Assembly: GCA_965112155.1 (NCBI GenBank)
Contig: OZ218103.1
Direction: 5' to 3' (one strand)
Source of the DNA: Podarcis liolepis
Taxonomy: Eukaryota
DNA length: 64,000 bases
In this document: in pieces, positions 11,375 to 23,200 of the stretch
Layout: each line of letters begins with the position of its first letter
How positions within the stretch are numbered: the first letter of the stretch is position 1
Made by a program: the position numbers and the translations under genes
The notes under the pieces: model-generated
What the model was told of the DNA's origin: nothing
Databases searched by the model: none
The model's input: only the letters and a program-made list of their open reading frames with translations

Positions 11375-14300
11375 GTGAGTAGCGGGAGATCCCAGGGGTG
11401 CATGTGAGGAAGCCATGGGTAGCATGGTGCATTGTTTGTGCGCGCGCGTGTTTGTGTCTAAACGTATGTGTCGAGCTAACTTTCCAACGGGATCTCCGGG
11501 GTTTCGATTCAGTTCTCTGCCCTCGTACTTTCCCCCCTTTCTTCTTCTTCTTCTTTTTTTACTTCTCTCGCAAATGCGGGCGCCGATGTTTCGAAAAGTC
11601 AAACTTTCTGAACCAAGTTTGCCTCTCCATTTTTTTCTCCACGCCCAGCTCCTCGGCGCAAAATTCCCACGGAAGAAGATGCTCATCGGGGTCCAGGGGT
11701 GGGGATGCTGAAAAAGCGCGGGGGAGGGGGGGTTGGAATATTAATGAGTGTGTTTTTTAAAAAAACAACAACAAAAATCTGATCAATATGGTGCCCCCTC
11801 CCCTTTTAAGGGTAGATGTGTTCCCGGGACTCTCCTCCTCCCGCTGCTGCTGTTTATTTTACTGGGGAGGGGGTGGGAAGCAGGCAACACGGGGAGGGGG
11901 CTGGGTGGGATCAGGTGCCGGGGGAAGAAGCCTGCAAAACGCGGCCGAAAACCGCGCGGCTCCAATTAGCGCAAATACCATTTAGTTTTAAAAAGGAGAA
12001 AGAGAAGAGCGGCGGGGGGGGGGGGGAGAGAGAGAGAGAGAAGCGATCCCTGTGCAAGCCCCGGGAGATACTTCCCGGCTTTCCTTCGCGTGTCCCACGG
12101 TCTTTGGCTGAAATAACGCAGTTTCCCCAAACAATACCCAGGACTCGGGGTGGGGTGGAGAGGACCTTCGTCGAAAGGAACAAACCTGCTAGTCTCCCTC
12201 TGACACAAGCTAGGTAGATATTATTTTTTGCACAAAACTCAAAATGTTTAAAAATCCAGCATTTGCCCTGTGCGTAGAAAGCACCGCATAGAGTCAGGAT
12301 CGTCATCCCCCCCCCCCATCAGCTTTCAGTTTTACTACGGAGCGGGCGCACATGTGAACTTTGAGTATTAGAAATTACATAACCGCAATTAAGGCGTACT
12401 TTCCGCCTTTTTTCCCTCCTCCTATTGTCCCAAGTTCCTTTTCGCTGCCGCGATGGTTGCGCACGTGAAATGCTTGCAGTTTGGAGGAAAGGTTGAAGTT
12501 CGGACAAACAACTCTCCTTCTTTCAAAGAAAGTCCCTCTCCGCCTGCATTTTTATCTCCGAGATGCAAAACAATTTTTTAAAAATTGGTCGTTAGTTGTA
12601 TGTTTGCAATTATTCTCCTGCAATGAATAGCATAGCAAAAGCGATGTTGTGTTGTAGGGTCAACACCGGTGCAAGCGAGCAAATAGAGAACCCGGCTGGA
12701 AACCCGGTTGGCGAGAGGAAGTGGAAGGAAATTGGAATATGCATGTTTAGCTGGGCTTCCTTAGCAAAACTTTCTTCACATTTTCAGCCCGAAGCCGAGG
12801 AACGGCCAGCTTTTGAAATGAAACAACAGCAGCCGCTGCTTGCAGCGGGGTAGGGAAGTCAGTACAGAGGTTGCAAGGAAGGGGAAATAATTCCTCACCT
12901 TGTAGATCGAAATACATAAAAAACATCTGCTTGGGCACAATGAAATCATTAGGCAATGTCCAGTTCAGGAGTTGCATTGAATGCTTTCGCCTTCCAGGCA
13001 GGAAACGTGCAGGGAAGGAATTGTTGCAATAAATTCAAACAGCACGAGGCATCCGCACATTTGATGAGCTTTGTTTAGTATTTTAAAAAGAAAACGAGTC
13101 TTGAACAGACTGTAGAGATTGGGGTGAAGGGAGATAGATCTCTGCTCCCACTCCACCCGCCCAGCACATATTTCCTGGAAGGAATGAAAAATTTGATTCC
13201 TTTCCAAAGTTACGAAACCGATTTTGCACAGTTATTATTCTTATTTTTTTCCCCCTTTTGTCGATGCAGAGCATTTGGCGGGGGTGTTCAGTGAAAAAAG
13301 TGACCAGGCGTGGCCGAGCGGGCGTATTAGCGGGGAATTAGTTTCCGATTCCTGTATCTCTCCAATGCACTTTCTGAAATCTCTACCCACTTTTTTTCTT
13401 TTATATCCCCGATGTGGAGAGGACAGTGTGTATATAAAACATGGTTTGAAGTTGTAGTAAGCCGACCGAATTCTTTTCGTTCTCAGTTTAGGCACCGGGA
13501 AAAGGACAAACACCTGTTTTGATTTGCAACTGCAGAAAGTGGGAGAAGGGCGGGTTAATGCTCCTCCTATGAAATTAATTCTGCTTTTGCTGGAAATTGG
13601 AGATTTCTGGAACAGAACTTTAAGATCCAAATCGATCAAATATTATTTCTATACCAGAAAACTTAAGAGTTTGAATAGTTTAATTTTACACTCCCCCCCC
13701 TCCCCGACCGCTTAACTGGGGAAGCGTTGTGCGTCCATCTCGTGCCCCTTTTTGGGTCGGGGCTGGAGGATGAGATGAAGGCCCCACAATTTGCAGATCA
13801 GAACCTCCTTACTTTGTGTTGTTTACCGATGGCTAACAAACGCCTTTTGGCGGCTTCGACTTCTGCAAGTTATTACTTTGCTTAACAAAAGAAGGATGCA
13901 TTTTGCAGGGGTAGGGTGGAAATCTATTATCTGTTTTAGTACCTTGGCCCGTCCCCGTACTTGAATTTTATTTTCCTTGTTGTTGTTTTTTGTTGCAAAG
14001 CGGGGGGGGGGGGGCGCGCAAAGCGAATTGGGGAGAGGCGAGGCGGCCCCTTTTGTTGTTGCGCCAAGGGGCCCGATTCACCATCGGTTTCATAAAATGT
14101 GAATACTTTCCGAACTGGCATTTTGGACGCCGAAAAGGCACTGCCCTTATTCCGCCTCGCCCCCTATCCCGGCCACAGTCTCATAATCTAGTTTGGACAC
14201 TCACAATTCCAAAACCATCCTGAAGTTCAGTGACAAGGAATACAGACCTATAGATTTTCTTAATTCAACACTGGGATCTCCTGCTTGTTCTTGTCCTCTT

Positions 14301-15374
14301 GTTTTCTTTTATTAGGAGGAAATCCAGTTTAGTTTGAATAGATAATCCAGTTGCACACTTTAATTCCCCTCAACAGCTAGGATAGTTTTGTTTTATATTA
14401 TCAGGATTTTCTCAGTAGGAATAAATCTCCAAATTCCTGCTTCTAAAATTATGTGATTACAAAGTAACAAGAGCTCAAACCTGTAGTTTCCAACTCTGTT
14501 CTTTCCTAACAGCTTGAACTCTTAAAGAAAAAGTTATTTCTTTCTCTCCGCAAACTGCAGGGATTTTTTTTATTCTGTTATTTTATTTATTGGAATTGGG
14601 AAATAGCAGGAGGATCACAAAAATGCAACCTGTTTTAGTAGTACGGGATGTGTGGTTTATATGTTTTAATTAAGAATGGAAAAGTAATTTGTTACACAGA
14701 AACTCTGCCTTGCTTTTCTTGGTTCTGTATATTAATATAAAATTTATATTAATTAGCAGATGAGTTTTCCACCTGCAGCTTGTGACCAACTCTGTTTATC
14801 CACTTGCATGATGGCTAGAAGGATGCATGGTGAATTCTGCATTATCTTAGCCTCTCTTCATTTTAGTTCTCCTCTGGGGTAATTAAAAATAACATAATAA
14901 TTAATAATCAGAGCAACCAAAACCTAAGCTATGCATAACATGTTATATTTTGTTCTAAGTTGTGGGTTTGTTTGTTTTTGTTATGAATAAAGGCTGAAGC
15001 TTTTAATTGGGATTCTTTTGGTCTTGCCGCTTCACTTTACATTTAAGTAATCAGTGCAAATGACGGGTGTTCTTGCAAGGAATCATGCTTATCCATAAAG
15101 CCAAGTGGTGATTTTGAAAATATAAGTAAACAATTTTTAAAAATTATTAGTAATATTATTATTATTTGTGTGCTGATCTAACTCGGATACCCAGTGGACA
15201 GTTTATGTAGCTTCATAGATTTATCTCCACCCCCTTGGCCTCCTCCACTCCTTGTTTAGTTAATTTAACAAAGACTTTTTGCAATCTGTTTGGAGTTTGT
15301 CTGATGCCATGGAAAAGTATCTGCTGATTTATTTGGTTGCTTTTCGATTTCTGTCGCTAGACCGTCTTTTCTCT

Positions 15375-15514
15375 NNNNNNNNNNNNNNNNNNNNNNNNNN
15401 NNNNNNNNNNNNNNNNNNNNNNNNNNNNNNNNNNNNNNNNNNNNNNNNNNNNNNNNNNNNNNNNNNNNNNNNNNNNNNNNNNNNNNNNNNNNNNNNNNNN
15501 NNNNNNNNNNNNNN
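15375..15514. other. Assembly gap (N run)
   Basis: 140 N. Confidence 1.
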
Positions 15515-18132
15515 ATTAAAAAAATCAGCATAGAGGCAGAAAAGTAACAGTTACTTACTTTGGCTGTGCCCACTCCCTTCCAGTCACCCAAATGTTTCAT
15601 CAGGCTGGTTATCCTGCAATCCATATTTTTTTAATTAAGCAGGTCAGTTAGTTTTCTTATTTTGGGTTCCATATTTAAAAACCAATGACATTTTGACATT
15701 GGGAGTGTATTATCTATAGATTTTCATAATGACTGGCCTTGCCGCAGCCTCATCTGTACATGCTCCTAATGATGGTGGTGATAGGGGATAATCGTGTGGG
15801 GCAAAGAGATGGTGGAAAAGAAGGTAAGAGACAAGGAGAAAATAGGGGAGAAAAGGATGCAGGAGGGTTTTTTAAAAAAAATAAACTTGGCTTGGTGCAA
15901 TATCGTAATATGTTGATTTATTCTCTATGTAATGAAGTTTGCGAACGAATAGGGCGATTGGAGTGATTCACAGTATTCTACAAGGAGTGTCAAGTGTGGC
16001 TTCCAGATTACTAATTTATGAAATACATTTAACGTAATGAGGTGACAGTGGAAGTAAAAATAGAAAAGCAGGCACAGAGGCATTAGTAGTGTGCTCTCAC
16101 CCCCCTCATTTATTTAAATCCTAGAAAGGCTATAGTTTTCCCTCAGTCCCATGGGTCAATTCAGATATTAATAGTGTATTTATGTATTTATCTGGGTAGG
16201 GTGTTCCCCTCCCTTTAAAAATAATTGAAAATGAGCATTCAGGTCTCCTAGCCCCTGCTTCACCTTCACCTATTATTGCAGTTTTTTGTTTTAAATTTGT
16301 TTGCTTGCTTTTCTGTGACAAATCAGCTATGCAGAAAACAGTGCAGAAGGTAACTCCGAAAGAAGGCCGACCAGATTCCCTGTGGCATCTTTCTGTCCAT
16401 GGCTAGTACTTGACGGAAAGTTGTTTAAAATTTGGAAGCGACCAAAACTTTGTTAATGTGAGATCTATAATCTGGTGATTTAGCACTGATCTGTATCAGG
16501 AAGGGAGCCAAATGAGGAAGAGGCGAGATGATGCCCTCTCATCTTCACACTTAATAACAGTCACTGAGCGTCTGGATACAGAATGGGAGAAAAGGAAATG
16601 TTACTGCTGGACAGCATGAAAGGCGCAGTCAGGATTCCACAGAGTTTGTTAACCTAGCCTTGCTCATTCACAGAATACAAAAGCCACTCCATTAGAAAAG
16701 AGACTCTTTCAGTAAGTTTTATTTGCTATGTCTGACCTTCTGGATCTAACAGGCACATTTTGTAACAGCTTTTTTATTATATGATTTTTTGTGGCCTTTT
16801 GAGTGCCGCAAGGCTAGCACATTGTTTTAAAGTAACAGTTCTCTTACATTCAAGTGCATTGTGGCATTCTGAATGGTTGGCAGTGGAAGCTTAAAAAGTG
16901 GAGGGGGGGTGGATTCTAGGTTGAAGAGGAGAGAACGTGATTTTGATTTCAACTCTAAAAAGGGTTAGAGGGAAAGTTAATTTTATTATTTATACACACA
17001 TCTAAATGTAAATATCTGTACTGATACTTTGCGAGTGGGGATAATAGGTTACTTAGAATTTGTAAGTAATTTCAAGGAAAAGCAAGCCTAGACGTTTTGT
17101 TAACATTTTTCTCTAAATGCTAATGGCATATCCAGGACAGTTTACAAATCTACTTAAGCATGAGCGCATTAGGAAGTAAAATTACTGATCCGTTTTGTGC
17201 TGTCCTCAACCTAAATGGCAGATGCTTGCAAGAGATCATATGGCACTGGCTCCCATTATGATTTTAAATATTGTCAGAGACGCCAAGCACTTTATTGATG
17301 AAGTTGCTGCTGCTTTCGTAAAAGCACACAAACACCACATGGAACAATTCAGAGAAATGTATAAGAGAGGCATGTTTATGCCCACATGCACCATTGAATA
17401 TAAAGTGAAATCTATAACTTGTATGTGTATCTGCACAGGTAGATATTCATATGGGCCTCTACAACAGAAAACAGATACAGTTTCTACATTATTTTTTCTT
17501 AATGGGCTGTGAAGATATATGCAGAAATGCTTGTTTATAAATTGTGAATAACTTACCAAATTTTAAAAATAGTAATTACTTTTTTAAAACATAATAACCT
17601 AAAATTGCCACCACTGATTTCTACAGTCCAGTACTTCCCCCCATATTTTTGTCTGTAAGGAGTCAGGTCATTTGCCTTTCATTTGCTCATTAAAGATTGT
17701 TTTCATCCCATATAGCGCTTATTCAGAGCATTCAGTCCCCACAAACCACTCATTCCTTAATCTGAACATGCACTAGTTTCTTGCCCTTCTTACAGCAGAA
17801 GGTGAGGTCAGAGCAAGTTGCACTACCTGCATGAACCACAGAGTAGTGTTGGTGTGTGGAAAAGTGCCCCATTTTATCTACTTTTAGTGGGGATCTTCTC
17901 TTGACTTCAAAGTTTGGTGCTAAAGCTGGTAGCAGGAGAAAGACTTGTGCTGACACACCCTTAGAGGGAGTTAGAGACCCTTCTAGTTATTTGTGAACTT
18001 TCCTGAAAGAGAACACATGGAGGTTTGGTTCTTTGCTCATACAATTTTCTTGTTGCATTCATGATAGGTAACTGTCCAGGACTGAATGGCAATTAACTAT
18101 TTCCTCTCCTTTCCCCTTCTTTTTCTCCACAG

Positions 18133-18249
18133 CTTTGGAACAGTGATGAAGCCCCAGTGAGACCCCCCAGCTCTACACCCAGACGTTGCTTTGTTTTCCA
18201 TCCAGGGAAGACCATTTTCCTTGCGGCCCTGTCAAGGAAAGAGACTCCG
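18133..18249 (+). other. RNF220: 5' UTR portion of RNF220 exon 2 (117 nt)
   Basis: Branch-point-like TTAAC (~18093-18097), long polypyrimidine tract (18100-18128) and CAG acceptor ending at 18132. Confidence 0.88.
18146..18160 (+). other. uORF2 in exon 2 UTR (ATG AAG CCC CAG TGA; MKPQ*)
   Basis: Read directly; out of frame, ends 89 nt before the main ATG. Confidence 0.6.
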
Positions 18250-18874
18250 ATGGACTTACACCGGGCAGCCTTCAAGATGGAAAACTCCTCCTACCTTCCC
18301 AATCCTCTGGCATCTCCAGCCCTGATGGTTCTCGCTTCTACCGCTGAAGCAAGCCGCGATGCTTCCATCCCTTGCCAGCAGCCAAGGCCCTTTGGTGTTC
18401 CAGTATCGGTGGACAAGGATGTGCACATCCCGTTCACTAATGGCTCCTATACTTTTGCCTCCATGTATCACCGACAAGGTGGTGTGCCAGGAGCATTCAC
18501 CAACCGTGATTTTCCACCTTCCTTGCTGCATCTGCACCCCCAGTTTGCTCCCCCCAATCTGGACTGCACCCCAATCAGCATGCTGAACCACAGTGGCGTT
18601 GGGGCCTTCCGTCCCTTTGCCTCCACTGAGGACAGGGAGAGTTACCAGTCAGCTTTTACACCTGCCAAGCGTCTGAAGAACTGCCATGACACTGACTCTC
18701 CCCACCTTCGCTTCTCAGACGCTGATGGCAAGGAGTATGAGTTTGGAGCCCAGCTCCCATCTGGCTCCCCCGGCTCCCTCAAAGTCGATGACACGGGGAA
18801 AAAGATCTTCGCTGTCTCTGGCCTCATTTCGGACCGGGAGACCTCATCCAGTCCCGAGGACCGAAATGATAGAT
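18250..18874 (+). CDS. RNF220: RNF220 (E3 ubiquitin-protein ligase RING finger 220), first coding exon, aa 1-208 + 1 nt; CDS continues beyond the window
   Basis: Translation MDLHRAAFKMENSSYLPNPLASPALMVLASTAEASRDASIPCQQPRPFGVPVSVDKDVHIPFTNGSYTFASMYHRQGG...SSSPEDRNDR is recognised as the vertebrate RNF220 N-terminus. ATG at 18250; canonical donor AGAT|GTAAGT at 18874/18875; 625 coding nt (phase 1). Confidence 0.96.
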
Positions 18875-20242
18875 GTAAGTACCTCAACTTTGCTTAGCTG
18901 GGGCAGAAAAATGTTCAACAGCTGTGTTTTGCAATGCTAGGAGGTGTCATAATACTTGTGCTCCTGGTTTTTTCTTTAAACATATGATGATGGGTTACAG
19001 AGGGAGGGGGATTGAAGGGAATCTATGCAAGGAAGCTGTTATTCTCATACTAGATTGGGATGCTGAGTCACAGAAAAATGACCAATATTCCAGAAATGGG
19101 AGGGAATCTCTATGTTGTGAATGCATCGGAGGTTGTCTCCCTGTAGTTACGGAGGAACATTTGTTCCAGACCACTTGCCTACTCCATGATTGTTGCCCTA
19201 CTGTCTTGTTGAACTCCCTTCCTTCCCTCCCTCCCTCCCGCCCCAACCCTTTCCCTCACATATTTGTCTCCGGTTGTAATCAGTGCACCATTATTTGCTC
19301 CCCTGATCAGTGTAAAGGCATTATTATTGGATGTTTAGCGTAAGCTAACTTAAGCCCTTTCATCAAAGCAGAGAAAGAAAGAGAGCTGGTGATGCTCTAG
19401 GCGAGGAGATCACCCGGCCCCAATAACTCTTAAATGGGCAGAGATGTTTCCTGCAGTTCCTTCTTCAAATTCAGAAGTGGTATTATTTTTTGCAGGCCGG
19501 GAGCCAAGCTGAAGCCCGCCTGCATAGTATTTGTTTGGGGAGCAATGCCTGTTGCAGCATTCCTCTCCCACAGCTCACCCCCTTGGTCATTAAGTGCCAT
19601 GAGCTCCCCACCCAAGAAGTGGAAGATAAGGCAGTATTTGGCTTACGATGGTCTGCTCCAAATTCAAACGCACAGCTTAGATGTTGAGCTGAGATTCCCC
19701 CCCCCCCTTTTCTTCGTTCTAGTGGGACCTTGCCCTCTCCCACCTATTTTCCTCCCGCTTATTTTCCATGGAAGAATCAGCAATTTATTTATTTTTTAAA
19801 AAAACTTCTACGTAGCTTCCCAGTTACCCCTTGGATACCCTTTTTCTTCTGCTCCTTTATGATGCCGAGGAGAGTAATAGAGACGTTGTTGCGCTCTCTC
19901 CCCTGTCGGTGCTGCTTCCTCGGGCTGTCTCCTTGAATTAGGCACTGTGTTAACTTCCCAGTGCTACGAGGCATCTGCCGAAAGCCTGCGTACCTTGTCA
20001 ATAAAAGTCACCATAAAATCAACCTGCCTTGTAAATCCATCGCTCTTTGGTTTTGAAATATGCCATGAGTGTGTCTTTTATGTCAACGTTTGTAAGTGTG
20101 GAATGATTCCCTCTTGAAGACAGAAGCTACATGTTGCACTACAGACGTGTGTGCTCTCTTTTGCCCTAGAGCGGCTTAAGCTGTGTGAGAAGAACTACTC
20201 GCATGTGCTTTTTGGTCTTTGATACCTGTGTGCAACAGTTAA

Positions 20243-20275
<33 letters not shown>

Positions 20276-23200
20276 TGAAGTAGGGAAAACATTAATAAAA
20301 GGAGGAAAGAAGAGATGTATCATGTTCACAATTATATGTATAAACTCCATATGAATATAAAACTCACTCAGATCATGCACACTGGAAGATAAAAATAGTG
20401 TAAATATGTCTAGAGCATATTGAAGATTGCATGTTGCTAACCTCCTGTCAAAAAATAGTATAAAATACCTTATATTAATAATTTGACAATATTTAGAGAG
20501 AGGATATGACGGTGGGCACATCTGTGTTTACATGTACTCACACACATTGTCTATCTTCCTCTGTTCAGAAAGGATGTATCTTCCTTTCACTGACTTTGTT
20601 GTTAGGAGTACTGATGAATTCCCAGATAGTAAATAGATGAACCTCATTAAAATATGCCATCTAACGGGGGCGGGGGCGGGAAGGGCTTAAGGAGGAAGTT
20701 TTAGAAACACACATTGAAAGTTGGAATAAAATCTGTGCAGATGGTTTGAAAGGTGTCAAGATACAGAACGTTTTTCTTCCTTGATTATCCATTTGTTGCC
20801 ATAAAAAACATATAAATTATTTTGAATTTATAAAGCTCTCGTGGGAGCAAAACAAAAAACGACTTTCTACCCAATAGGCTAGGTAAAGTGCATATTAATG
20901 GAGACTGATCAGGTTTAGCTCTAGTCCCGAATATTGCCTCTCATCTAGTTAAAACTTTATTTTAACAGGCAAGGGTTTTAGAGGCATTTTATTGAAACTT
21001 CGTGCATGCGTGTGAGCGAGAGAGCATTGTTGCAGCTACTTACAACCTTCAGATACCCTTGGCATGTTTAGATATTATTTCATAGGATATATATTTGTGG
21101 ACATTTCAGTATTTTGGAGAAGAGTGGGGTGTATGTTCCATGTATGAAAGGTTCTTTGTTGATAGCTGATAGAATGTGTCTGAGGGCTGAAATAGCTTTC
21201 TAGTGACACCACAGCTCGGAACAAAATTAGAGATATTTGCATGTATGTAAATGTGTCCTTATGGGCTTTTATAAATACTTGGTCATTGGCCCCTAAAAAG
21301 CTGTCTCCGTTTTCTTGCGCAAACAGTATATACAAACCTTTCCTGTGAAACAAGGATTCTTTTCACCACCACCCTAACATACATTGCAGATAAATGGTTG
21401 TATAGACAGGCTGGTCGGCAAAAGTGTATTGATGGAGGTAGTAAAAGCCATCAGATCAGCAAACCCTTTATGCCTCCAATAGACACCCTACAGAATTGCC
21501 GGACTGTACTGTTTATTTGTATTCTCCCAAATACTGCAATGGAATCATACCACATGACGGGTGAATAACTTTAATTGCAACACATAACGTTCCTTGTGCC
21601 GCCACCAACAGACTAAATTCCATTTTTTGTTTGTGTCTTGTAATTTCAAAGTTGGATTTCTCACTAACTGGTTCATTTGATTTTAAGAAGGTGAATGCTA
21701 CACAGTGGGTTTGTAGGGTGTGGCTTTTTTGTTTGTTTGATTTTAAAAAAAACCACCTAAAGACAATGCTGTCCAAGGTGTTCTACAATATAAATAACAG
21801 GGCTTGATGAAGGAAATGTGTGGCTATGTAGAGATATAAATGTGGGAATCTCATTGTATTAATTAGATACTAAGTGATACTTTGCGTATTTATATTCCCA
21901 TGAGGCTACATTCTTATCTTTGTTAATTAGTGTTGTAAATTTGGATTGATTCTCATACCCTCTTGAAAGTCGTTTAGGATTTACTTTGGTATAGTAGAGT
22001 TTTGGGTTCTGGCTCCAGAATATGTTCTGAGATTTCACGAAATAGCCTAGTTTATGGGGTTGAACTTCAGATTTCAGTTTGGATTCAGCACTTTACGAGT
22101 GCACAATTGTACCCAAGTCAATGGCAGAAGTTAACGAGTGCATCATATGCCTTTAACATATTTTTGCTAATTATTATTTTGCAATCCGCTTCCTGGAGAG
22201 AGGTCCTCTGTACCTTAGCAAATACACTTCTTTCCTCTGGATCCCTATGGTTCTAGGAAAGTTGGAGTCTCCAGGAGTTGGCCATGATCCTAGGAGGGTT
22301 TGTTAAGGCAAATGTTTTGTCCAGGTTTAGATGTTCATTGAGCATGCTAATGACATTTATGCAACACTGCTTACACTGCATTTGTGTTGCACAGGCATCT
22401 ACAGGCACATTCCATGGGGTTCTTCAGACAAACGTGTCCTCATTAGTGTGGAAGTTTCCAGCTGGAGTGGATATAAACGTATCCCTATGTGACAGATATC
22501 TATAACTCTCCTTTTAAAAACCCTCTTTATTCTTTGGCTTCTAAAATAAATTGTCCTGACTGCTCCCCACAGACTAGTTGCCGCAGTGTTTCCTCTCAGC
22601 AGGGGGAACTGGCAGAAAGGTCCGCAGCAGCACCTGGATCATGCAGAACAATTTTTTTTTCTGCTGAGCAAAACCACTTGGTTGTTGCAGTTCCTTTCCC
22701 TCTGTTCATTTTGGGGAACTCCAGAATGCATTATCTCCTGTATCCCTAGAGTTACTTGCAATCTCTGCCCTTAAGTTTGAGTCTACAAATGATGCTTATT
22801 TCTGTTTGAGTCACTTTTATTCTTTATTAAAGCTATTTCAAAGTTTAGCCTGTTGCAGAAGAATATTTCTGGACCTTGCTTTCCACATAATATGGAACAT
22901 AGTTCTTTCTCTCTCTTTAGTTTGAAGAATCATATTTCCAGAGCCTCTTCTTGGCTCTTTGGTTCTTTCTAGCAATTTAGTACCAAGTGCCCCTGGAATG
23001 AAGCATGTAAACAAATGGCCAATCTAGGAGAGCAGGACAGGGAATAAGGCACCATCGACTTCTTCATACTTCATTATTTTCTCACAATTTTGCGTCACAG
23101 TAGGGAGTGAACTTCTTGTTTGGGCGGCTTTTGAAAATCACTTCAGTAACTTGTAGCTTTGAAACTAATGAATGGAAACATCTGAGAGCAAATCAAAGCA

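Larger units (their letters stand above)
10840..14200. promoter_or_regulatory. CpG island / RNF220 promoter and proximal intron 1
   Basis: Sharp rise in CpG/CGCG density against CpG-depleted flanks, G-runs, few recognisable TEs, upstream CCAAT near 10663. Confidence 0.85.

Noticed and set aside
11339-12306. Several 100-130 aa ORFs in the CpG island
   Set aside because: Expected in GC-rich, stop-poor DNA; low-complexity products on both strands.
15265-15624. ORFs spanning N runs (also 42725-43148)
   Set aside because: Artefacts of assembly gaps.
18157-18897. 246-aa single-exon ORF as given in the track
   Set aside because: It starts at a GTG in the UTR and runs through the splice donor. The recognised CDS is 18250-18874; the extra ends are treated only as hypotheses.
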